In this document: positions 1-10,283 of the stretch, piece by piece
Layout: the number at the start of each line of letters is the position of its first letter
Numbering within the stretch: position 1 is the stretch's first letter
Origin: an uncultured Candidatus Binatia bacterium
GTDB taxonomy: Bacteria; Desulfobacterota; Binatia; UBA9968; JAJDTQ01
Length of the DNA stretch: 64,000 nt
Direction: 5' to 3'
Assembly (NCBI GenBank): GCA_964291295.2
Contig: OZ219754.1
Span: 3,008,001-3,072,000 of the forward strand
The notes under the pieces: generated by a model
Database searches by the model: none
What the model was told of the DNA's origin: nothing
Seen by the model: only the letters and a program-made list of their open reading frames with translations
Position numbers and translations under genes: made by a program

Positions 1-1111
1 CCTCTTCCTCCCGGTCCACCGCGCCGCGCTCCAGCAGCCCATGCAGCGCCGCCACGCACGCGCCGGCCTCGGGCGCCGCGAAGACCCCCTCGGCGGAAGC
101 CAGCTCCCGCACGCTTTCCAGGATCTGCTCGTCGGACACGCTCACCGCGGTGCCGCCGCTCTTGCGCAGAATGTCCAGGATCATGAAATCACCGATGGCC
201 ACCGGGACGCGCAGACCCGCGGCCACGGTGACCGGTTGGGCCACCGCTTCCGCCGTGGCCGCTCCGGCCATGAACGCATTGACAATGGGCGCGCAGCCTT
301 CGGCCTGCACCGAAACCATGCGCGGCCGCTTCGAGCCGATCCATCCCAACTCCTGCATCTCGTCGAAGGCCTTCCACATGCCGATCAGACCCGTGCCGCC
401 GCCGGTTGGATACAACACCACGTCCGGCAGGGTCCACTCCATCTGCTCGGCAAGTTCGTAGGCGATGGTCTTCTTGCCTTCGGCTCGATAGGGCTCCTTC
501 AGGGTGGATACATCGAACCATCCCTCGCGTTCCTTCCGCTCGGCAATGATACGGCCGCAATCGTTGATGAAGCCATCCACCAGCACGACCTGGGCGCCGT
601 ACTGCCGGCATTCCACGACGCTCGCCCGGGACGCATCCCGGGGCATGTAGATGTGGGCCTCCAGACCGGCGCGCGCCGCGTAGGCGGCCAGTGCTCCCGA
701 CGCGTTGCCGGCCGAGGGCACCGCCAGACGCTCCGCCCCCAGCTCCTTTGCCATGGACACCGCCGCGGTCATGCCGCGAGCCTTGAACGAGCCGGTGGGA
801 TTGATGGACTCGTCCTTGAGACGGAGCCGCGGCATGCCCAGCCGCCCGCCCAGCCGGCGGGCCTGGACCAGCGGCGTCCATCCCTCTCCCAAGGTCGTGA
901 TGAAGGCGGCGTCGGCGACCGGGAGCACCTCGCGATAGCGCCACAGGCTTGCCACCCGCCCCGGGAGGCTGCCGCGGGTGAGGGTCTGCGCCGCATGCCC
1001 CAGATCGTAACGAACCAGCAGCGGACGGCCGCACTCCCGGCAAAGGTTGTGGAGTCTGGCACGTTCGTGACGCACCCCGCAACGTGCGCATTCCAGAAAC
1101 GTCACATGCAT
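1..1111 (-). CDS. thrC: Threonine synthase (PLP fold II), 3' end runs off the window
   Basis: Not in the ORF track. Manual translation from ATG at 1111 gives MHVTFLECARCG...SLWRYREVLP...TLGEGWTPL...KDESINPTGSFKARG...PSAGNA...YPTGGGTG. Confidence 0.88.
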   Translation of the reverse strand, partial: MHVTFLECARCGVRHERARLHNLCRECGRPLLVRYDLGHAAQTLTRGSLPGRVASLWRYREVLPVADAAFITTLGEGWTPLVQARRLGGRLGMPRLRLKDESINPTGSFKARGMTAAVSMAKELGAERLAVPSAGNASGALAAYAARAGLEAHIYMPRDASRASVVECRQYGAQVVLVDGFINDCGRIIAERKEREGWFDVSTLKEPYRAEGKKTIAYELAEQMEWTLPDVVLYPTGGGTGLIGMWKAFDEMQELGWIGSKRPRMVSVQAEGCAPIVNAFMAGAATAEAVAQPVTVAAGLRVPVAIGDFMILDILRKSGGTAVSVSDEQILESVRELASAEGVFAAPEAGACVAALHGLLERGAVDREEE

Positions 1112-1291
1112 GAAGCGAACCTCCGCGAGCCGCTGTGCGACGCCGCCGCGCCGCGCAGGCCCAAGCTTGTCAAGAAGGTCGGTTCAACCGGGTGACCTCC
1201 ATGCCGACTTTCGGATCAGGAATACCGGGAAGATGTGAATAGTACACTTCCCATGCGGCGGCAACGGCTTCCACACCGCCAGGCGTTGCCC

Positions 1292-2389
1292 TCACCTACG
1301 CGGGTCCCACACCCGGCTCGGCACGTAGAGTTGGCCCTGGAACAGCTTCCGGGCGGTGCGGACCACGCCCGCCTTCTCCAGCCCGAACTCCTCCCCCACC
1401 CCGCTCAGTTCGAACGCCACGGTGATGGAGCCGCTGGGGTGCTCGATCGCCACCCGCTCCGACAGCGCACCCGTGGTGACGGCGATGCCGTCCGCCACGG
1501 TCCCGGGCACCAGGGCGCAGCTGCCGACACAGATGGCGCCGGACACCGCGTGGGCGGCGTGACAGTCGGTGGGCACGAAGTAGCGTGAGGTGAGCGCACC
1601 GCCACGGCGCGGACGGGAGAGGATGCCGAACTTGGGAATCACCCGGCCCCGGACGTCGCCCAGCCCCATCTTCTCGCCGGCGGCCACGCGGACGGCCTCC
1701 AGCCGCTCCAGCAGTCCCTGGTCGGCGTCCAGTTCCGCCTTGCTTTCGTCGCCCCGGATGCCCATGCCCGCGGCCGTCGCCAGCACCATGGGCATGGCCA
1801 CGTCCACACAACTCACCTCGACGCCCTCGATGACCTCCCTGCGTTGGCCGGTGGGGAACAGCGCTCCGGTCTTGGAGCCGATGACGTCCATGAAGTTGAG
1901 CAGGATCGGTGCCGCCGTGCCGGGGACTCCGTCGATGGCGGTGTCGCCGTCGTACTCGACGCGGCCGCCCGGAGTTTCCAGCACCGCCTCGATGAGGGCG
2001 CCGGTGTTGACGTTGTGGATGTGCACCACGGTCCTGGCATCATCCGGAGACACCAGTCCGCGATCAATGGCGAAGGAGCCGACGCCCGCCAGCATGTTGC
2101 CGCAGGTGGGACCGTAGTCGACCAACGCCTGGTCCACCGAGACCTGGGCGAACAGATAGTCCACGTCCGCCCGCGGGTGGTCCGACGGCGAGACGATGGC
2201 GACCTTGCTGGTAAGGGTGGTGGCACCGCCCAGGCCGTCGATCTGACGGTGGTCGGGGGAGCCCATGGCCGCCAGCAGGACGCGGTCGCGGGTCGCGTCG
2301 TCGGCCGGCAGCTCGCCGGCCAGGAAATACGGGCCACGTGAAGTCCCGCCGCGCATCAGCGTGCAGGGGATCGCGGTCTGGTGAGTCAT
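1292..2389 (-). CDS. PrpF/AcnD-accessory family isomerase (4-oxalomesaconate tautomerase-like)
   Basis: MRGGTSRG, QIDGLGG, TSKVAIV, CGNMLAGV, HPSG and RTARKLF motifs; start at MTHQ after a GGAG RBS. Confidence 0.88.
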   Translation of the reverse strand: MTHQTAIPCTLMRGGTSRGPYFLAGELPADDATRDRVLLAAMGSPDHRQIDGLGGATTLTSKVAIVSPSDHPRADVDYLFAQVSVDQALVDYGPTCGNMLAGVGSFAIDRGLVSPDDARTVVHIHNVNTGALIEAVLETPGGRVEYDGDTAIDGVPGTAAPILLNFMDVIGSKTGALFPTGQRREVIEGVEVSCVDVAMPMVLATAAGMGIRGDESKAELDADQGLLERLEAVRVAAGEKMGLGDVRGRVIPKFGILSRPRRGGALTSRYFVPTDCHAAHAVSGAICVGSCALVPGTVADGIAVTTGALSERVAIEHPSGSITVAFELSGVGEEFGLEKAGVVRTARKLFQGQLYVPSRVWDPRR

Positions 2390-2528
2390 GGCGTATCTCC
2401 TTTCCCGCAGGGTCGGGCCCGGCTGCCCGATGCGGCCGCCGGCACCGGTCCGTGTCACGCCCGACGATCCTGCGGTCCTTGTACAACCGCACCCCGCGGC
2501 GGCGGGGACGCCGCTTCACGCGCGGACT

Positions 2529-5500
2529 TCAACTGCGCGGCACCGATGCCGCGGACGACGCATGGACCGGCCCGGTCACCTTGGCCGTCCATCCGTAGTC
2601 GTCCACGATGGCATACAGCGCCGGCACCAGAAACAAGACCTGGAACGTGGCCGCCGCCAGCCCGAAGGCGAGGCTGGTGACCAGCGGCACCAGAACCTGG
2701 GCCTGGAGACTGGTCTCCATGAGCAGGGGCAGCACTCCGGCCACCGTCGTCAACGAAGTCAGCAGAATGGCGCGAAAGCGCTGTCGGGCCGCGCGGCACG
2801 CGGCTGCTACCGCCGGTGCGCCGCTGCTTCGATGAATCTTGATGAAGGTCACCATGACAATGGCGTTGTTGACAACGATGCCCGCCAGAGAGGCGAATCC
2901 CACCATGCTCGGCATGGAAAACTCGATATCCAGAGCCAGATGTCCGATGACCGCGCCCACCAGACCCACCGGGATGGCGGCCATGACCACCAGGGGCTCG
3001 ATGTAACTGCGGAACTGAAAGCTCAACATCAGGAAGACGGCGGCCAGCCCGACCAGGAAGTTCCGTCCCACCGAGGCCCCGGTCTCGGCCGACGCCCGGG
3101 CCTGGCCCTCGAGCTGCAGGCGGATGTCCGGATACCGGGTGCGGAGGTCCGGAAGAAACCGGGCCCGGGTGTCGGCGACGATCTCCGCCGCATTGGCCTG
3201 GCCGGAATCCAGGTCGCCCTGGATGGTGACGGCGCGGCGACCGTCGATGCGATGCACGCGACCGTAGCCGCGCTGGATGCTCACCGTGGCCACCGCGTGC
3301 AACGGTACCTGCTCCCCGGTTGGCAGGGTGATGGTGAAGCGGGCCAGGTCGGCGAGGCTGTCCCGATCCCGGCCGGACAGCCGGATGTCGATCTCGTAAC
3401 CCTCCGCCCCGATCTGGAACTCGCCCGCGCGGTGGCCGTGGAACGCCGCACGCAGTTGCCGTGCCACCTCGGAGGCGGTGAGTCCCAGCACCAGGGCCCC
3501 CTCGCGCAGACGCACGCGCAACTCCGGTTTGCCCAGACGCAGGTCGTCGTACAGGTCGAACACCCCGCGGTAACCGCGGAGCCACTCCAGCATTTCCGTC
3601 GAAGCGGCCTTCAACGCATCCAGGTCCGTGCCCACCAGACGGAGGTCGATGGGTTTCCCCGCCGGCCCGAAGCCGGGCTCGCCGAAGTTCAGCACGACGA
3701 CGTCCGACGGCATCCCCACCTCGGCCCGCCAGCGGCTCATGATGGCGTCCAGCGAGGCGTAGCGGGAATCGGGGCCCGCCAGGTCGACGGTAACGGTGGC
3801 CAGGTGTTCGCCCGATTCATTCGCGTCCTGGTTGCGGTTGAACTGGACCCCGATGTTCCGCACCATTGGCCGGCGGCCCGGCTTGGCGGCGGCGTACTGC
3901 TGGTCCACCGTCCGGATGGCCGCGACGAGCCGGTTCACCACCGCCTCGGTGCGGGCCAGCGGCGTCCCCTGCGAAAGCAGCAGGCGCGCTTCGATGACGT
4001 TCCCTTCGATATCGGGGAAGCTCCTGAACTTGAGGATGCCGCCGGCCATCACCGCCACCGACAGGAACAACAGACCCATGGTCACACCCACCGTGAGATG
4101 GCGCCAGGAGACCGCCGCATCCACGAAACGGCCCACGACCCCTTCGGTGAAGCGCGCCAGGCCCCTGTCGAACCGGCGGCGGATGCCGCCGCCCTGCGCG
4201 TGCAGGGTTCCCATCAAATGGTGCGGCAGGATCAGGAATGCCTCCACCAGGCTGAAGGACAACGTCAGGATCAGCACCACCGGCAAGACCTTCATCACCG
4301 CGCCGATGTCCCCCTTGAGAAACGCCAGGGAGCCGAACACGCCCACCGTGGTGAGGAACGACGCCAGCACCCCCGGCGCCACCTCCCGGGTTCCCTCCAC
4401 CGCCGCATCCACGACGGAGCGTCCGGTGGCGCGGTGGCGCGCGATGTTCTCCGCGATGACGATGGCATCGTCCATCATCAGGCCCACGGCGATGAGCAGC
4501 GCCACCATGGTGATCATGTCGAACGAGTAGCCGATGGCCGCCATGCCGGCGATGGTGCCCATGAAGGCCACCGGCAGGCCCGCGGCCACCCAGAACGAAT
4601 AGCGCAACCCGAAGAACAACCACATGACCAGGAACACCAGCGCGAGGCCCTGGGCGCCGTTGCGCAACAGCATGGTCAGGCGATCCCGCACGATGGAGGC
4701 GACATCGCGGGTAATCTCGAATACCATGCCCGGCGGTGCGTGGCGGCGCTGCTCGTCGAGGTAGGCCCGCAGCGCATCGATGACGTCAAGGGTATCATGC
4801 CACCGGGCCTTCTCCACCCGGAGATAGGCGGCCCGCTGACCGTTGAAGAGGTTCTTGTCCTCGGCCCGTTCGAAGCGGTCGGTGATGATCGCGATATCCC
4901 CCAGCCTGACCACGGCGCCGCTGTTCGAAGCCACCACCACCAAGCCCTCGAAGGCACGAGGACTCCGCCGTTCGTCCGCGAAACGGATGAGCACCGTCGA
5001 GTCCCGCGTCTCCACCGCGCCGGCGGGCAGCGTCAGGCTCTGACCCGCCACGGCCGCGGCCAGATCACGCACACTGATGCCGAACTGACGCACGGTGGAT
5101 GCCGGAATCTCGATTCGGATCTGGCGCTGGGAAAAGCCCTGGACCTCCACCCGGGCGACCCCCGGTATCGCCAGCAGGTCGTCTTTCATGCGCTCCGCGT
5201 AAGCCTTCAGCCCCTCGGGCCGCAACGGCCCGGCCACGGCCACCGACGCCACCAGATCCACGCCCCCCAGTTCCCGCACCACCGGCGGCTCGGCCTCGTC
5301 CGGGAGATCCTGGATGGCGTCGATCTGGCTCTTCACGTCGTCGAGAAAACGGTCGAAGTCGCCGCCCTCCCGCATCGACAGGGTGGCCACGGCCAACCCT
5401 TCCCGGGCCTCGCAACGGGTCTCCTCCCGGTTGTCGATGCTGTCCGCCGCCGTCTCGATGCGCAGGCAGATGCCATCCTCCACGTCCCGGGCCGTGGCCC

Positions 5501-5651
5501 CGGGATAAGGCACCCGAACCTCCACCGAGTCGGCGGGAATGTCGGGAAACGTCTCGCGCTTGACGCTGCCGGCGAACACGAGGCCCAACAGCAACAGCGA
5601 GATCATCAGGAGGTTTGCGGCCGTCGGGTGGCCGGCGAAGAAACGGATCAT
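2529..5651 (-). CDS. RND efflux permease (AcrB/AcrD/AcrF family)
   Basis: 1040 aa; GLMMDDAIVIAENI, GIVVNNAIV and RFRAILLTSLTT motifs. Confidence 0.95.
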   Translation of the reverse strand: MIRFFAGHPTAANLLMISLLLLGLVFAGSVKRETFPDIPADSVEVRVPYPGATARDVEDGICLRIETAADSIDNREETRCEAREGLAVATLSMREGGDFDRFLDDVKSQIDAIQDLPDEAEPPVVRELGGVDLVASVAVAGPLRPEGLKAYAERMKDDLLAIPGVARVEVQGFSQRQIRIEIPASTVRQFGISVRDLAAAVAGQSLTLPAGAVETRDSTVLIRFADERRSPRAFEGLVVVASNSGAVVRLGDIAIITDRFERAEDKNLFNGQRAAYLRVEKARWHDTLDVIDALRAYLDEQRRHAPPGMVFEITRDVASIVRDRLTMLLRNGAQGLALVFLVMWLFFGLRYSFWVAAGLPVAFMGTIAGMAAIGYSFDMITMVALLIAVGLMMDDAIVIAENIARHRATGRSVVDAAVEGTREVAPGVLASFLTTVGVFGSLAFLKGDIGAVMKVLPVVLILTLSFSLVEAFLILPHHLMGTLHAQGGGIRRRFDRGLARFTEGVVGRFVDAAVSWRHLTVGVTMGLLFLSVAVMAGGILKFRSFPDIEGNVIEARLLLSQGTPLARTEAVVNRLVAAIRTVDQQYAAAKPGRRPMVRNIGVQFNRNQDANESGEHLATVTVDLAGPDSRYASLDAIMSRWRAEVGMPSDVVVLNFGEPGFGPAGKPIDLRLVGTDLDALKAASTEMLEWLRGYRGVFDLYDDLRLGKPELRVRLREGALVLGLTASEVARQLRAAFHGHRAGEFQIGAEGYEIDIRLSGRDRDSLADLARFTITLPTGEQVPLHAVATVSIQRGYGRVHRIDGRRAVTIQGDLDSGQANAAEIVADTRARFLPDLRTRYPDIRLQLEGQARASAETGASVGRNFLVGLAAVFLMLSFQFRSYIEPLVVMAAIPVGLVGAVIGHLALDIEFSMPSMVGFASLAGIVVNNAIVMVTFIKIHRSSGAPAVAAACRAARQRFRAILLTSLTTVAGVLPLLMETSLQAQVLVPLVTSLAFGLAAATFQVLFLVPALYAIVDDYGWTAKVTGPVHASSAASVPRS

Positions 5652-5658
5652 GCGGATG

Positions 5659-7014
5659 TCACCGCAGGGGCACCCTGCCCCCGGCTTCGGCCGCGAGTCG
5701 GGCCGTGGCCGCCGGATCCGCTTCGGGAACCAGCAGCATTCCCGCGGCGGCGAAGGGCAGGTCCGAGATCACCACCCGCTCGCCCGGACCAAGCCCCTGG
5801 CGCAGCACCACGAAGTTGGCCTGGGCGAAGTCCACTTCCACCGCGCGGATTTCCAGCCGGTCGTCCGGCCCCGCCACGTAGACGCGGCCGCCCCGCAGCG
5901 CCGCGCGTGGAATCACCAGCGCATCGGGCCGGGGCGGTCCCCGGAGTTCGACCTCGACGTACATGTTCTTGACCAGCGGCGGCCTGCGGCCCGCCCGGGC
6001 CTGCCGATAGGGTTGGTCCACGGCGACGATGACACCCACGGTGCGGGTGCGCGGATCCACCGTGTCACTCATCCGCGAGAAGCGCGCCGGCCACTCGACA
6101 ACCACCTCGCCCGAATGCAGCCGCACCACGGCCCGGATATCCTCGCGCAATTGCGGTATGGCCGTGCGTGCTTCCGGCGGCGGTCCGGCACGGGATTGCA
6201 GGAGCGCCAGTACCTTGCTCATGGGCACCTGGGCGATGACCTCCGCCACATCCAGGCTGTCGGCTTCCACCAGCACCTGTCCCCTGGCGGCGAATTGCGC
6301 CACCGCGACATTCACCGCGGCGATGCGGCAGGTGAACGGCGCAACGATGGTGGTGCGGCTCAGATTTCGCCGGGCCGTCTCCAACTGCGACATCAACCGA
6401 TCACGTTGCGCGCGCTGCGCCGCGCGTTCGGCGGGAAGCAGCCGGACCGCGTTCCGGAGGTTCTGCACTGCCTGCTCGCCAGCCAGCACCGAGCGTTCTT
6501 CCCGGTCCGCCTCGGACTGGGGCACGGCGCCGCGGCGCAGCAGCTCCCGGGTCCGCTTGAGCTGCGTGCGGGCGAGGGCGAGGCTTCGTTCCTCGATGGC
6601 CAGAGATCGCTTCGTGTTGTCGGCGCGTACGTCCAGCAACGCGATCTGGGCGTTGACGGCGCGAATGTTGGCTTCGATCTCGGCCACCGCCAGGCGGTAG
6701 TCCGCGGGGTCGATGCGCAGGAGTTCGGTGCCGGCCGGCAGGATGGTGCCCCGCTGCAACTCGGGATGCCGGAAGACGACGGTACCGCTCACCTCCGCCA
6801 CCGCCTCCCAGGCCTTTCCGGGCGTCACGTTGCCGTGGCCCACCACCCGGGGCACCACCGCCACCGAGGCTGCCCGCACCACCCGCACGGCGGTCGCCCG
6901 TTCCTCGGCCGGGAGCCGCTCCGGACCCTCCCGCGATCTTGCCGCGTACAATACCGCCAGCAGGCCAAGGCCCACGGGAATCCAGAAAAGGAGCTTCTTG
7001 AGGAATCCGGCCAT
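5659..7014 (-). CDS. RND periplasmic adaptor (membrane fusion protein)
   Basis: N-terminal anchor, AEVSG lipoyl half, long coiled coil, IVAPF, VDPRTRT, GLGPGERVV; 7 bp upstream of the RND gene. Confidence 0.92.
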   Translation of the reverse strand: MAGFLKKLLFWIPVGLGLLAVLYAARSREGPERLPAEERATAVRVVRAASVAVVPRVVGHGNVTPGKAWEAVAEVSGTVVFRHPELQRGTILPAGTELLRIDPADYRLAVAEIEANIRAVNAQIALLDVRADNTKRSLAIEERSLALARTQLKRTRELLRRGAVPQSEADREERSVLAGEQAVQNLRNAVRLLPAERAAQRAQRDRLMSQLETARRNLSRTTIVAPFTCRIAAVNVAVAQFAARGQVLVEADSLDVAEVIAQVPMSKVLALLQSRAGPPPEARTAIPQLREDIRAVVRLHSGEVVVEWPARFSRMSDTVDPRTRTVGVIVAVDQPYRQARAGRRPPLVKNMYVEVELRGPPRPDALVIPRAALRGGRVYVAGPDDRLEIRAVEVDFAQANFVVLRQGLGPGERVVISDLPFAAAGMLLVPEADPAATARLAAEAGGRVPLR

Positions 7015-7017
7015 GAT

Positions 7018-9006
7018 TCAGATAGGCCCCAGGGGCCATGGCAGACCGGCGACGGTGTGCTGCAGCAGACCCTCGGGAAGATCCAGCGTCATCAACCACG
7101 ACAGGAACATCAGCATCAGGTCGGCCATGCCCGTCAGCAACACGGCCCGGGTCCATCCCACCCTGGCTTCCTTTCGCAGGAACGCGATGAAGAAGAGGTT
7201 CAGGGAGATGAAGAATCCAGCCAGCGCGGTCACCCCCAACAGCGCGAGCAGCCAGTTGAGGTAGTACCAGATTCCCTTGTCGGGAGGCCGGTGCCCTTCC
7301 ACCCCTGGGCGTTCGCCATCCTCGTTGTAGGCATTGGGGCCGCCCATGCTCTGGCGGATGCCGCGCAGCACCACGAGGCTCGCCCCGAGCATCACGACTC
7401 CCACACTGGCCGGGAAGACTGCGCCCAGCAGACTGTGCCGGAGCGAGTCGCCCAGCGAAAGGACGAATACGGCCGTGACGAAGCCGGCGAACAGCAGTTG
7501 CGGTGTCAGGTTCCGGGCATCGCGCCGGGGCGCATCGGCGTCGGACTCGCCCCGCGGCCGGTTGCGCGCGCCGAGCCAGATGGAGGCGACGATGATGGCG
7601 GCGATGATCAGGACCCCCGGACGGGTGGCGAACCCCCACTCATGGAACTGGATCGCCTGGTAGAGGTAGGTCTCCACCTGGTCCGCCAGCACGAAGCCGA
7701 TGAGCATGGCCGGCCGCGACCAGCCGAAACGCCTCATGCCCACACCCAGCAGGCCGACCGCCACCAGGGCGACGAAGTCCATGAGGTCGCGGCTCGCCTG
7801 AAACGCGGCGAACGAGATCACCATGAGCATGAACGGGGCCAGCAGATGGTAGCGCAGGGTGGTCAGCCGCGCGATGGCCGGAGACAGCAGCAGGCACAGG
7901 CCGGCGCCGACGACGTTGGCCAAGGCCAGGCTCCAGACGATGGTGTAGGTGGTGGACAGTTCGGCGGTGAGGAGCCTCGGGCTGGGTTCCAGGCCGATCA
8001 GTACCAGGCCGCCGATGAAGACCGCCATGCTGCCGCTTCCCGGGATGCCGAACAGCAGCGTGGGTATGAGCCCGCCCCCCTCCTTGGCGTTGTTGGCCGA
8101 CTCCGGCGCCAGTACGCCGCGGATGTCGCCGCTGCCGAACTGCGATTTGTCCCGCGCGGTCTGGACCACGTGGCCGTAGGCGATCCAGTCCACCACCGAG
8201 CCGCCGAGGCCGGGAATGGCGCCGATGAGGGTGCCGATGCCGGCGCACCGCAGGCACAGCCAGCGGTAGCGGATCATGTCCCGGAGACCGCCCAGCCAAC
8301 CCGTCCCCAGCGCGTGGGCGCGGGAGATGGCGCCGGCGCCGCGCAGGAGATCCACTACCTCCGGCAACGCGAATATCCCGAGGCCCACCACCACCAGGGG
8401 AATGCCGTCCCCCAAGTAGTCCACTCCGAACACCAGCCGCTCCTCACCGGTGGCCGGGGCGCCGCCGATGGAGCCGACGACCAGTCCCAGCCCGCAGGAG
8501 GCCACCCCCTTCCAGATGCACCGGCCCGAGAGCACCCCCACCATGGAGATGCCCAGCACCGCGAGCATGAACAGCTCCGCGGTGGTGAAGAACAGGATCA
8601 CGGGCCTGGCGATGAGGACGAAGAAGGTCAGGATGACGGCGCCGAACAGACCGCCCAACAGCGAGGCGGAGAACGCGGCGCCCAAGGCGCGCGCCGCCTC
8701 GCCCTTCCGGGCCAGCGGAAAGCCGTCCAGCACCGTGGCTTGGGAGGCGCTGGAGCCTGGAATACCCATCAACACGGACGTGAAGGTATCCGAGGTGGGA
8801 ATGACCGCCACCAGGCCCACCAGCATGGCCAACGCCGAAACCGGGTCCATGCCGTGCAGGAAGGGGATCAGCAGCGACAGGCCGACGATGCCCCCCAACC
8901 CCGGGAAGATGCCCACCACCAGACCCAGCAGCACGCCCACCACCAGGAAGACCATGTGCTGTGCCTGCAACAGGGTCGAAAAGGCTTCGATGAGCGCATC
9001 CCACAT
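7018..9006 (-). CDS. tctA: Tripartite tricarboxylate transporter permease TctA with fused C-terminal TctB-like domain
   Basis: GIPGSSASQATVLDGFPLA, APESANNA and PTLLFGIPG motifs; 662 aa with an extra hydrophobic C-terminal region of about 160 aa. Confidence 0.9.
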   Translation of the reverse strand: MWDALIEAFSTLLQAQHMVFLVVGVLLGLVVGIFPGLGGIVGLSLLIPFLHGMDPVSALAMLVGLVAVIPTSDTFTSVLMGIPGSSASQATVLDGFPLARKGEAARALGAAFSASLLGGLFGAVILTFFVLIARPVILFFTTAELFMLAVLGISMVGVLSGRCIWKGVASCGLGLVVGSIGGAPATGEERLVFGVDYLGDGIPLVVVGLGIFALPEVVDLLRGAGAISRAHALGTGWLGGLRDMIRYRWLCLRCAGIGTLIGAIPGLGGSVVDWIAYGHVVQTARDKSQFGSGDIRGVLAPESANNAKEGGGLIPTLLFGIPGSGSMAVFIGGLVLIGLEPSPRLLTAELSTTYTIVWSLALANVVGAGLCLLLSPAIARLTTLRYHLLAPFMLMVISFAAFQASRDLMDFVALVAVGLLGVGMRRFGWSRPAMLIGFVLADQVETYLYQAIQFHEWGFATRPGVLIIAAIIVASIWLGARNRPRGESDADAPRRDARNLTPQLLFAGFVTAVFVLSLGDSLRHSLLGAVFPASVGVVMLGASLVVLRGIRQSMGGPNAYNEDGERPGVEGHRPPDKGIWYYLNWLLALLGVTALAGFFISLNLFFIAFLRKEARVGWTRAVLLTGMADLMLMFLSWLMTLDLPEGLLQHTVAGLPWPLGPI

Positions 9007-9086
9007 CTGCCGGCCCCTACGCTTCGGCCCGCCGCCCGCGGTGGCTCATTGTCAGGAACATGGTACCGCCTCGGCATCCGAAACAA

Positions 9087-9117
9087 GCGAGGGCGGCGCG
9101 AGACCCGCCGCCCTCGC
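9087..9117 (-). terminator. Hairpin (terminator or mRNA stabiliser) between tctC and tctA
   Basis: 12-bp perfect stem GCGAGGGCGGCG/CGCCGCCCTCGC followed by TTGTTT on the minus strand. Confidence 0.6.
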
Positions 9118-9182
9118 CAACGGGCAGGACGCCCTTCGGAGTGCGCTCACATCACTCCGGACATGCGCCAGCAGGCCGGCCG

Positions 9183-10283
9183 TCAGAACACGACGCTGTA
9201 CTTCGTCGTCAGCCAGTTCCGCACCCATGCCCTGGCCTCGGGCGGAACCCGGGTGGCCGCATTGAACTTGAGCTCGGCCGCCGCGCCGGTAACCTGGTCG
9301 TAGTTGCCGATCTTCTTGCCCTTGGTGGCCCTGTATTCGGGGTCCGCGAACATCCGGGTGAACGCCGCCTGGTAGGCCCGCACCACGTCTTCGGGTGTCT
9401 CCTTGGGAACCACGATGAACTTCTGTGCCGGAAATCCCGCGGTGAAGAAGGCCTTCCACGCGTCGAACCAGGTGCCGGACGGCTTCTCGCCCTTGACCTG
9501 CGCGTACACCTCCGCGAAGTGCGGCAGGTCCGGGAAGTTCGGGTCGCGGACCAGGTTGCCCTTGGCGTCGAGGGCGCCCCAGGACATGACGGGTATGGCG
9601 CTGCCCTCCTTCACCAGCGGCGTCACCTTGGACAGGTAGGCCGCGGAGGTCTGGTAATCGATGCTGGTCTCGCCGGTCATGAACGCCTTGCGGCCGGCCG
9701 AGCGGCCCTTCATGCCGAATACCGCCTTGACGTTCAGACCGAGCATCTCGAACGCCAGCAGCGGAACCAGGTCCAGCGAAGTGGCACCCTGGGAGCCGTA
9801 CTTGAGGGGCGGGTTCTTCCGGACCAGCTCGGCGGCGGTCCTGACGCCGAGCTTCGGCGTGATGTAGACGACGCCGCCCGTGGCATAGGCCAGCAAGGGC
9901 CGCCACTTGCCGTAGTCGTACTTGACCCGCTTGTCCCCCAGCAGGAAAGGGAACTGGGTCGAGCCCGAGGTGCCGAACAGGTGCAGACCGTCGGGCCTGG
10001 CGCGTTTGGCATACAAGTTCGCGCCCTTGGTGGAGCCGCCGCCCGGCACGAACTTGAGCCGGATGTCGGCACCCGAGTGTTTGCGGAGAAACGGTTCCAC
10101 GAAACGGGCCCAACGGCCGGAACCACCACCCTCCTTGAAGGGAATGGTCCAGGAAACGGTCTTGCCGGCGAGGTCGGCCGCGGCAACGTTGAACGCCGGC
10201 CATGCCAGGGCCAGCGCGATGACCGCCACCATCCCGTTGACGAAACAACCAAAACGTCTCTGCATTCTGTCACGTCTCTGCAT
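9183..10283 (-). CDS. tctC: TTT substrate-binding protein (TctC/Bug family)
   Basis: Signal peptide, WTIPFKEGGGS, VPGGGSTKGAN, ARPDGL; GGAGG RBS before ATG at 10283; upstream of tctA. Confidence 0.85.
   Translation of the reverse strand: MQRRDRMQRRFGCFVNGMVAVIALALAWPAFNVAAADLAGKTVSWTIPFKEGGGSGRWARFVEPFLRKHSGADIRLKFVPGGGSTKGANLYAKRARPDGLHLFGTSGSTQFPFLLGDKRVKYDYGKWRPLLAYATGGVVYITPKLGVRTAAELVRKNPPLKYGSQGATSLDLVPLLAFEMLGLNVKAVFGMKGRSAGRKAFMTGETSIDYQTSAAYLSKVTPLVKEGSAIPVMSWGALDAKGNLVRDPNFPDLPHFAEVYAQVKGEKPSGTWFDAWKAFFTAGFPAQKFIVVPKETPEDVVRAYQAAFTRMFADPEYRATKGKKIGNYDQVTGAAAELKFNAATRVPPEARAWVRNWLTTKYSVVF

Noticed and set aside
41-1195. 384-aa + strand ORF
   Set aside because: Shadow of thrC on the minus strand, which the ORF track misses because it has no stop in the window.
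2388-9303. Very long + strand ORFs (2388-5972, 1194 aa; 5539-9303, 1254 aa)
   Set aside because: Antisense shadows of the RND, MFP and tctA genes. They are R/G/H/A-rich with no motifs, as expected in high-GC DNA.
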